From: Antedon mediterranea
Lineage: Eukaryota; Animalia; Echinodermata
DNA length: 64,000 nt
Direction of reading: 5' to 3'
NCBI RefSeq assembly: GCF_964355755.1
Contig: NC_092675.1
Span: forward strand, 7,001,812 to 7,065,811
Numbering within the stretch: position 1 is the first letter of the stretch; each line of letters opens with the position of its first letter. The notes beneath the pieces are model-generated. The model ran no database searches and was not told the DNA's origin. It saw nothing but the letters and a program-made list of their open reading frames with translations. Position numbers and translations under genes: made by a program. Below are positions 34,220 through 44,412 of this stretch, one piece after another.

Positions 34220-36352
34220 ATGGCGGGGGAAAAAACAATTAAACTGTTAGACAAGCGAGATCTTGAGTGTGCAATCTGTCTAGAAAGATTCACAGAGCCA
34301 AAGACACTCGAGTGTCTACATAGTTACTGTCTTAGTTGCTTGCAGAGTTTGATTAAAACAAGCGGCAAAATAAAGTGTCCAAAATGCTGTACAGTGCATG
34401 ACAACATAAATCAACATGATTTGAAAAATGTTAATACAAATAAAATGTTAATCAATCAAGTTAAATATGTTGAAAAGATTGAATCTGGAAAACCACAAAA
34501 ATGTCAAAGTTGTGATGCTCAACCTGGGTACTGCTGCTCTGTATGTAAAATTTATCAATGTGGACAATGCGTCCAACAGCATAAGTTGATCAGTTCGTTG
34601 AGTGGACATTCATTGTACAAACTGGAAGACAATGATTTGCCAATAAATAAATGTAAAATTCATGGAGCCTCCTGCATGCTTGAATTTTTTTGTCAAACTT
34701 GTTCTAAATGTGGATGTAAGAAGTGTGAACATGTTGTTCGTTGTTATAAAAATAAGCACAAAGTGATTCCATTCACGACTGCTGCAGAAAAGTTTAATCA
34801 AAATGCAATAGAAGTTAAAAAAACTATTGAGGGAATAAAGAAAGTATTAAAAAGAACCCTTAGTACAATATCTGAAGACAAGGCAGAAATGGAATCGGAA
34901 TTCAAATTGTGTAGAACAGCAATTGAATTAGAAGAAGAAAAAATTATTAAAAAGGTGCAAGAAGAAACTAGAGCTTTGATCACAGACCTCGAAAAGACGT
35001 ACAAAGAAAATAAAGATGTAGTTGATAGTCGAGTTCAAAATATTGACTCAACATTGATAACAGTTAACGAGGTGTCGCTATTACTTATCGCAATGATGAA
35101 CAAACCAGAAGAAAGACAAACTCTTAAATCTCATAAGGCCCATATTAATTCTGTTAATAAAGAAGTTTTGGAACAAAATGTTGATAAATCGATATTCCAA
35201 AGCATGATTACACCTAGTTTTATTCCATCTAAAAACTTGGAAAATGTAATAAATCTGGAAGGTATTGGTAAAATGTATGAGTGTATGCCTGAAGTTGTTG
35301 AAGATGACACATGTATTACAGTTACAACGGGACAGTTGTTTGCAGTGAAAGTTTCAAATGTAGCTGAAAGTAAGACATCTCTATTGTCTGCCACCTTAAT
35401 AGACATATCAGGTAAAGAATCGACCGCGTACGTGGAACAGGGAAGTGGCAAGTACAATATTCTTGGAAGATGCCATAACGAAGGAGAATGGAAGATGATG
35501 ATCACTTCTAGAGCACAACAAATACATGGTTCACCAGTGAATATCAAGGTGGAAGCACCAGGACTTGTGCATACCATTGGAAATATAAAAACACACAAGA
35601 ATAAACATGTAACAGATGTGCTACTAGACAAAAATGGATGTATAATTGTATCAAGTGGCAGTCGAGATTTATTAAAGTTTAACCAAGCATACTCTTTTAT
35701 TGGCAGGATCACAGTACATCATGCAGATGTTGCATTTATGCATCAAATGGACGATGGCCATATTGTATGCAGTGATTTCTTAAACAGAGCTGTTGTCATG
35801 TGTGATGATCAATTTCAAAACATTCGTACATTTGGCAAAGGTATACTGAAAAACCTAAGTGGATTGACAGTGAATATGAAAACAAGGAGTATGTACGTTG
35901 CTGATTGGAAATGCCATTCTGTGTTTAAATTCAACATTGATAATGGCCAACTTATTGGTACAATTGGTTCAGAAGGTGACAAAAAGGGCCAAATGAATAG
36001 CCCTGAAGGAGTTACTCTAACAAATGAAGGAAATTTGATTGTTGCAGACTGTCGAAATAACAGAATACAAATGTTTGATGCAAATGATAAGTTTATGAGA
36101 ATTTTGGTAGACAGTGGTAAGAAAGATGGTCATGTTCATTATCCGCATTATGTAACAATAGATTCTGAAGAAAACATGTTGGTATCAAGTAATAATAAAC
36201 TACAGGTATTTGATAAATACGGAGCATTTATCAAACGAATAGATAATGGTGAGTTAACTAGTCCCCTTGGAATTGAAATAATCTCTTACAAGCCTAGAAG
36301 GGTAGCAGTGTCTAATCTGGGAACAAACAATGTAAACATATATAATTATTAA
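34220..36352 (+). CDS. TRIM-NHL E3 ubiquitin ligase (RING, two B-boxes, coiled coil, filamin-like, NHL repeats; TRIM2/3/71-like expanded family)
   Basis: 710-codon uninterrupted exon after an acceptor (TTCTTGCAG at 34211-34219). RING CAIC...CLHSYCLSC...CPKC; B-boxes CQSC...H and CKIH...FFCQTC; IHGSPVNI filamin end; NHL repeats (SPEGVTL...IVADCRNNRIQMF). A probable mini exon 34046-34067 ends in an in-frame ATG|GTAAGT. Confidence 0.9.
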   Translation: MAGEKTIKLLDKRDLECAICLERFTEPKTLECLHSYCLSCLQSLIKTSGKIKCPKCCTVHDNINQHDLKNVNTNKMLINQVKYVEKIESGKPQKCQSCDAQPGYCCSVCKIYQCGQCVQQHKLISSLSGHSLYKLEDNDLPINKCKIHGASCMLEFFCQTCSKCGCKKCEHVVRCYKNKHKVIPFTTAAEKFNQNAIEVKKTIEGIKKVLKRTLSTISEDKAEMESEFKLCRTAIELEEEKIIKKVQEETRALITDLEKTYKENKDVVDSRVQNIDSTLITVNEVSLLLIAMMNKPEERQTLKSHKAHINSVNKEVLEQNVDKSIFQSMITPSFIPSKNLENVINLEGIGKMYECMPEVVEDDTCITVTTGQLFAVKVSNVAESKTSLLSATLIDISGKESTAYVEQGSGKYNILGRCHNEGEWKMMITSRAQQIHGSPVNIKVEAPGLVHTIGNIKTHKNKHVTDVLLDKNGCIIVSSGSRDLLKFNQAYSFIGRITVHHADVAFMHQMDDGHIVCSDFLNRAVVMCDDQFQNIRTFGKGILKNLSGLTVNMKTRSMYVADWKCHSVFKFNIDNGQLIGTIGSEGDKKGQMNSPEGVTLTNEGNLIVADCRNNRIQMFDANDKFMRILVDSGKKDGHVHYPHYVTIDSEENMLVSSNNKLQVFDKYGAFIKRIDNGELTSPLGIEIISYKPRRVAVSNLGTNNVNIYNY

Positions 36353-37376
36353 TTAAGACTCAAAGCCATATATATATATATATATATATGGTTGCAGTCG
36401 CGTGCTCAAGTTAGTGTTTACCGACCAACCGACCGACCGACATAGTGAGCTGTAGAGTCGCGACTAAAAACGAATGAGTTAATTCTGAAAAAGCTGCACA
36501 TGACATACAATTTCTAATATTCAAACTAGCTCGTAGAATTCTGTTGTACATAAATATCATAGATAGAAAATCGTAGATTAACTGGAAATACAAAATAGTT
36601 GATGCAATTATATTGATTATAATTGTGGCGCCTTACGAGTTGGAAATGTAATTACAATCGTGTCTACTGATTTGAGTGCAAAGGTTCGATAAAAAACGAA
36701 TAAATACATCCAGAATTTATTTATCAGTATAAAATACGGTACCGTATTATAAGGCATACAGAGTAGAACTTAGTGTAGCAAGGTTATAGGGGCAAAATTC
36801 AAATTGAGTTTTTCTTTTTTAAATAAAATCAACCGATAAAGGTCGGTTGCTATACTATAAAAACCTCGTATCTCTAAAAATACAATATTAGTGTTTGTAT
36901 TGTGTGATTGTAAGTGCGTAATGAAATGGAAAAAATATTTAAATAAATTAAATATTTATTTTGAATTATTTCATATTTAAAAAAAGACATACAAGGTTTT
37001 GCCATAGTTTTGTAATAATTTGTCGGTATTTTGGGATCATAAATGTAAAATAATAATTGAATTGGAAAGCAACTTAAAATGTTCTTTAAAAGCTTGTTCA
37101 GAATAGTTGAGTCTTCTTTAATTTCTTTTAATTTTCTTAATGTGAAAACAAAATTGTCATTAATATTATTTCTATTCGTAGGATATTAATATAAGTGTAA
37201 TTTCAATAATTAATATAGTTACAATGTTTTAATTAAGATGGTGTATTAGGTACCACACACGAAGTGAAGAAAGCATAGTTACCAGTGGCGAGGCAATAAA
37301 ACGGATGTGTTTTCAGACAATTTTTTACTTTATTTAGGAAATTTGGAACGAATTTAGTACCTTATTTGGATTTCAC

Positions 37377-37566
37377 CCGATTCTCAGTGCTGTATCTCCA
37401 CATACTATCTATTTCCGAAGTATCATAGGAATATTTGGTAATACAGCATCTTATTTATATCACATGTGGTGCCTGTATCATGTAAGCTGTATATACTAGA
37501 TACATGTGAAACCAAATATTCCTATGATACTGTACTTCGGAAATAGATACTGTACGGAGAATCGGC
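37377..37566. repeat. Inverted-repeat MITE-like element
   Basis: TATCTATTTCCGAAGTATCATAGGAATATTTGGT (37406-37439) is inverted at 37511-37550; outer arms CCGATTCTC / GAGAATCGG. Confidence 0.6.
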
Positions 37567-38525
37567 TGTGGACTTGGGTAGCATGCATAGAAGGATCGTC
37601 GTATATTGCAATGCAAAACATAGGACATCATCGTGGGTATGCTTGTCATTTGAACAGGGTTGCTACATTTAAGAAGCCTATTGAATGTCCTTATGGTTAT
37701 CCTTGACCATTTGACTAAGTCTATATATATATACAAAAAAACACAAATTGCAACTTGTCCACTATCCTCACTGTTTATACAATACTATTCTTTTATATAA
37801 TTAGTTTATTAATATATCCGGATAAACTTCAACTTTTTTTAGTATTACTATTAGTTAATTCCCTTAACTCCAAATTTATTTAGTTTAACAAAAACGAAGT
37901 TATCTTGAACTGAATGTGCGTAAAACTTGGTAAACATTCCAACAATTATATTTGTCAAACTTACATACATGTTGCACTTTTCAAAGTTTATTGTCCCATA
38001 GTAAATGACACTTGCCTCTCAGGGTTTATACTCAAATAATGTCAAATGCCCCGGTAATACAGTAATGCCCAAGCTGCCTTGCGAAATATAGGCAAACTGA
38101 TTTGATACAAAAATGACAATGTATGGATATCAAACACTCGTTGCGTAAATACACTCGGATTGTTGCGAAAATTATGTACACCAACGGACTATTGTACTTT
38201 AAAAAAATAAAGTTATGGGCATAGCAGAATTAAAAAATAATTTAATACATTTTATTCCATTTACTGCTAATAATGCTGTTGGTTGAACAATAAATATTCA
38301 TGCTTTTCCCCAGAATAATCCTTAGATGTTATTGTCTTTATATAATCAAATAAAATATCTATATATTCCACTATAATATTGTGGGAATTCTGCACCGGAA
38401 TTTTCCCTATCCTGATATCTTCACACCACTGGAAGTTTCCATTTTCTGATAATCATCCAATTGAATTCTCCACAAAGATTCCCTATATTCCGACAGTTCC
38501 TCACACCACCGGAATTTTCTATTCG

Positions 38526-39547
38526 TTATACGTTAAAACTTTCACCACAGCCACATGTGCCTTTTATATTAGGATTGTTAAAAACAAATCCACTTGATAA
38601 AGTCTCTTCTACATAATCCATCTCTGTACCTAATATACTAAGTTGTGCTTTGGAATCGATAAATAATTTTGCACCTGAAGATAAAGTAAAAGAGATAATT
38701 AACATACAAAAAAAATCATAAATAACATATACAATAAAAAAATGTTTACAAAATTCAATATTCAAATAAAAAATAACTCATGTGCAACTATACTCAAATG
38801 AGGTTTATGCACAAAAAAGGAAGATGATGATCTGCATATAAAAGGATTTGTTTTCTCCTTCTTTGCAAGTTACATACATTTAAATTCATAATATATATGC
38901 TTTATAATCTTTCTCAAATAAGTTCAAAGTTTATAACTCCTGTTTCCTTATACCTTCTTGTTCAACCACCTCATCAAACTTCTTCTTTTCGTTGGTGTAC
39001 TCTAAAGTGTATGAAAGGCCATTGCAGCCTCGTGTTTTCAACCCGATTCTCAGTGCCTGCATCTCCGGCTGTTTTTCAAGTAAAGTTTTTACTTTATTAA
39101 TAGCTGCCTGAGTCTGTTGAAAAAAAAAAATGATTTAAATATCATGACGTCATTTTATTGATCAATAAATGTAGGATAATGTTTCGATTAAAAAAAGAGG
39201 AAAACAGTTCAAATCATTCAAAATAAATAATTCGGAAAGTTAATACTCAATGGTGGACGACGTAATGTGTTATTATATCAATGAATGAGTATGATATGCT
39301 TCAGTACTGTATATGTAGCCGAGGACATCACCGACAATATGGACAAGAAGCAGGGACGAACTGACCCGAAGTTCAAACTGGAAGCAACTAGAACCACCTG
39401 AACACCTTCACAACAAACGAACAATATTTTTTCTCGGCCTTCTTCTGGTGACTTAAAATACATACTTACTAAAACTATTGCAGCTTTTCTAGAAGCAGAC
39501 CTAGGCTTACTAACAGCACGAACAGTTGCTGACATTCTACTTGTCAT
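38526..39547 (-). CDS. ISCA1: Iron-sulfur cluster assembly 1 homolog, mitochondrial, 3 exons
   Basis: Exons 39470-39547, 38954-39113, 38526-38674. ATVRAVSK...LTQAAINKVK...TRGCNGLSYTLEY...LGTEMDYVE..LSSGFVFNNPNIKGTCGCGESFNV, with all three IscA cysteines. Confidence 0.97.
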
Positions 39548-39938
39548 TTTGACGAGATAATCTACCACTTAAACCAAAACAAGAGACAATTTTGTTCATG
39601 TTACATAACTTTTTCGGAGAATCGTCAAGCTTTTTTTGTTGACCTTTGACCCGGGCCGACACAACTATTGAACTATTCACAACATTTGATTTTAAGGTGG
39701 TTTATATGATATTAAACCATTATTTAATTATAATATAATTATCAAATAAAATATTCTAATCAACATATAATACAATCAAATTAATAATGTCAGTTTGATA
39801 AACAATTTAATTAATTTTTTTTAAACTAAATATAAAGAATTTAAAATCTTTTTATAAATGAAATGCAGACGACAGAGAAATTCCAAAAAGTGAAAAGTGT
39901 TTTTTTTTTAGATTGATGGAATTTCATTTTATCTGAAA
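39548..39938. promoter_or_regulatory. Bidirectional promoter / 5' UTR region ISCA1 / PET100 with a DR1 element
   Basis: 391 bp between divergent ATGs; TGACCTTTGACCC at 39640-39652; probable PET100 5' UTR intron ending at AG 39910-39911. Confidence 0.65.
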
Positions 39939-40834
39939 ATGGGTAACTGGAGACTTGAATCAATAAAGGTAGACAATTTCTAATAATTATAAATAATAAT
40001 TAATTATACTGTTTGGCCTAAGCTAGAGGTATCTAGAGTAGACCTAGCCTAGGTCTAACTAGGCTAGGCTAGGCCTACTTACAACCAAGTCGAGGCTGAT
40101 TAACCGGCGCCGACTTTGCTCTGACCAGGGAGTTGTTAACAACTCCCTGCTCTGACTACCTAGAGCCTAAACTGACATTTCAAAATGTATTTTTTCAGAT
40201 GGTTATATACATCTTCTTTCCTGTAGCAACATTCTACTATTTCAATCAAACAGAATATTTTGAAGAAAAAGTTAGCAAGAAAATAGTAAGTCATGATGCC
40301 GTATGGTGTATTTGATTTTAATTATAATAATTATTAAATAAAAAATGTGCAAACACGTTAACACCGTTTTCGCATGCATAGAATATGGTTTTGATTTTTA
40401 AATTGTATTTTCCTTATGTTAGCCTAAATGCAGTCGGAGTCCTATATAGTAATCTCAGTTATATTTTTAATTGTATAATTTTAAAAAGTGTTTTTTTTTC
40501 TAATAAACAGAGAGAAATGTACCCACCAGAATCTAAAATGCAGGTAAAGTATTGAATTACCTGAATGAAATATGTGTTTTTTTCTGATATTTTTTTATTA
40601 TTCAGAAGGCAAATATAAACACATTTTCCAATTAATAAATAATTCACTTCCTTCATTATCAATTTCGGATTCAACATCCATTTAGATAACCCACTTTATT
40701 AAATTGTTTTATTTCAGAGAAAGGAATTAGAACATTTGAAAAATAGGATCCAGAAAATGAATTATGATAAAATGAGAGAAGAGGAGGCACAGTATTTAAA
40801 GAATAAGGAGAGGCATACATCACCCAGTTCATGA
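39939..40834 (+). CDS. PET100: PET100 cytochrome c oxidase assembly factor, 4 coding exons
   Basis: Exons 39939-39968, 40199-40285, 40511-40543, 40718-40834: MGNWRLESIK-MVIYIFFPVATFYYFNQTEYFEEKV...-REMYPPESKMQ-RKELEHLK..., matching the PET100 LE..KM..Y..FPV..F..FNQ.E.FE pattern. Confidence 0.9.
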
Positions 40835-43800
40835 GGTTCAACCAAATTAAAATAGACATTTATATGTGTGTATAGGGGTGGTGTAGGAGGTTAGTCTAGT
40901 GGTGGACAACAACACAAGTACAGAGGTTGTGTATTTTACTAAATAAAGTCACGGTTCAGCCAAAATTTCCATCAGAAAGATTTTTATTGCAGGATAAATG
41001 TATTAGTGATTATTAAAATTCAAAATTTACACAATTCTAAGTATTTGAGTGTCATTTTTAGGCATTTCAGTGCCTGTCATTTCTAAAGCTCTGTCTATAC
41101 TATTTGTGACAAAACAATTTGATGTGCCCATATATGGACACGATGACATATCACTACCATATTTGGGCACATAACACTTTTGTTGTCAAACTTAATAGTG
41201 TAGACAGAGATTTAAACATTTGAAATAGGCTGTTAATTTATTATTTTGTTCAGCTTTTTCAATTGCAATAACTACACTAAAATCCATCTTACTGTAAGGT
41301 TATCTGGAGTAGATCCAGTGTAGGCGTTTAGAGGGAGAGATCTACTAGTTCTGTACTACTATTTTGCTAATATTAAAAGGATTGTAGGAGTTTTCCCTGT
41401 CAAAGGTGCATCAACATAATTTGTTCATCCATTGCTAGATTTCCATTTCAATTCATTTGAAAAAAAACAATTATTTTTGACTGATTGTCTTCACAACATG
41501 CAAATAAATCAAACAAAAAACTGCAATAAATTTGTGTACATTTAATGGAACAATATACAGTACAATGTTGAAACACACCATTTGTTTTAAACGAAGCATT
41601 ATACTGCATTAAATAACTGTTAGGTAAAAAATTGCATGCATGATGTTATCTGATATTAACAAAATGTGATTAAATTAACATATATTTTACAGAACCTCAA
41701 TTTAGCACAATGCTCTTGTTCTAAACTGTTGTTTCCAAACGGATGTTTAAAAAATATTTATTTTACATATTTTTAGCACTTGCTGTATTACCAAAAAAGG
41801 TTTGATTTACTCTCTCTCTCTCTCTATGGAAGCTTATAAATATATTTAACTGCTTTTCTTCCTTTATCCTTTACTACATGATCTGGTTAAATTTGGAAAA
41901 ATACATATGATTGGGTAATTTATGTCATTCTATAAAATACAGTAAATATAATATATATATATATTTTAAGCTTTTCCAACATTCTTTTGAAATTGCGTTC
42001 CCAAGAACCTAATACCAACATTTTAAGTTTTATTTATGCTCCCAATTAACAAGTTTCTTAAGGCAACTGCAAAGCCAAAAATGCAACAATAGGCCTACTA
42101 TAGCCAGAAATAAAACACATGTATATGTATAGTATGTTTGTGGTCTTGAAGAAAAATTTTCTGATCAACTCCAGAAAAAAAAAATCACAGTTTTAATAGA
42201 TTTCAAAATGGCCAAATACAATTAACAATTTTGTATGCAACACTCATTTTTTAATAACATTATCATAATAATATAAAACAAAACGCAAGCCATTATGCTT
42301 CAATATTTCAAACTTTATTTGTTAATATTCCTGAAGATGAACAAATAAAGTTTGAAATATTGAATCATGATGACCTGGCAGCATAATGACACTTTTTAGA
42401 GTGTCAGTTTTATACAAAAATATCAAACTTATTATTGGACCCTCTGATTATCACGTATGATTTTGTAATCTTACTTGTTAACATTTTTTTAGTCATTGAA
42501 AATTACATTATCCCATTTGCAAGTTTGCCCTAATGGAAGTAACTATAATTAACAATATTGCCTAGTTACCTGTATAGGTAGAAATAGAATAAAGCTCTGT
42601 CTACACTATCTAACTAGTTTGACAAAAAGTGTTATGTGCCTAAATATGGTAGTGATATGCCAAAATATGGTAGTGATATGACATCATCATATCCATATAT
42701 GGACAAATCACATTTTTCTGTCACCTAAAGTTTGATAGTGTAGATATAGCTTAAGACGCACTGTTTATCACGTCGATTAAGACATTAAGATGCCTAATAG
42801 CATTCATACCCAACATTGGCAACAGTACGGTGACTGTGACAATAGCAAGTGCCTAATAGATTCAGCTAATGCTTCAGTATTCCCATGAAACCCAACTATT
42901 ATATAACTGAAAGGACCATGTCTTAAATATCAAATAGTAATATCTTAAATAAAAGGAATAAAAAATAATAAAATAAAAACTGTATTGCATGTTTGCCTTT
43001 GGGCAGTGTTGGTTAACATTCTATAACATAGAATATCACTTGTATACTTTTTTTTTATTTCAATCATATATTATTTCAAATCATATATTATTTCAAATCA
43101 TATATTATTTCAAACCATATAGAAATGTGTTTGTCATACCAACAATAAAATGTACATTTTTTATAGTACATTTACATTGTCTTAAAATGGAGCACCCAAT
43201 GCTAATCTATGTTCCAATCAAAACAAAGAAACAAAATCATAATCCCCTTTATTATATTGGAGTATATTTTGTATTTTTACCAGTAATAGCCTAATTATTA
43301 ATGTCACTGTAACCTAGCCAAATTCTTTTTCTATTTTCTGTATATTAATTATTTAATACTTTTAATGATTGTTTGCCTTAAAAGTGTTTTTTTCTTTACA
43401 AGTAATTCACGGTCTGATTATACTTTGCATAAAAAATGTTATGCTATACTAAAATATTGTCATTTTATAAGCGAATTCACCATTTGAATCTTTCAAACAA
43501 TCATATTTATAACACAATTTACTACAATTATTTAATATTTATGTATAGTCGCCTAACAACAATACAGCGGTGGGAAATATGGCAATTTTAGTTTCAGCCA
43601 ATCGAAAAAGAGCACAATCATTTTGCATTAATCAAATATTTCAAATTAACTGTATATATACTTGGTCACAAAAAGATAAAATATCCCATTGTAATTGGGA
43701 TTCAGTATACAATTGTGTTTAAGTTTATGCAAGGAAAGAAATCCATAATTTGTAATATATTATTTCCCCAACAAATATAATTTCGCAGATGATGGAAAAT

Positions 43801-44412
43801 GTTTTGACTGTATTTTACACAAACTTAGTTATATTATAAAATTAAAACTACAATACTTCACAGTCGGAATATTACATGGAGTGTATTAACAGTGAGCCAC
43901 ATGAGCCTTAATTGAAACAAATACTGTTATGATTTAAATTTACAATAGCATTCAAATAAAAATATTCAGATAAAGTCAAGTGTTACCTTAGAATTTCTAT
44001 TTACCAGCAATATGACACAAGTACTACAGATGGGTGGCAAAGATTTACTGTACAGCTTTTTTGATTCAATTTACATTTGGTGAATCTAATTGTATTCAAC
44101 ATCCTCATCCACCTGAATAATTGTTACCATCAGTGCTTTGTTTTCTTCCAGCAAAAACAAACTTAGTTCCTGCTTAACTTGTGCCTTTATTGGCCACTTC
44201 ATGCTTAGTTATTTACTTGCTAAGTTGGCTTCATAGACCAATTAACTTGATTGGATAACTAAGACTAAGTAGGCCCTATGAGTTGTTCTTATGTTAAATT
44301 GAAATCGCAAGAAAGCACACGGTTAGATTTCATCATGCACCCAAGACCTTCAAAAAATCATTTTCCAAGATGGAGGGAGCAGCATAATTTAAATATTTTC
44401 TGTTAACAACTT

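Noticed and set aside
35131-35712. 193-aa minus-strand ORF
   Set aside because: Antisense shadow of the TRIM coding exon.
39548-39640. Iron-responsive element in ISCA1 5' region
   Set aside because: No CAGUGH-loop hairpin seen on the transcribed strand.
42291-42372. AT-rich long hairpin as a pre-miRNA
   Set aside because: Looks like a collapsed TIR element (CATTATG...CATGATG ends); no recognisable miRNA and no clear TSD.
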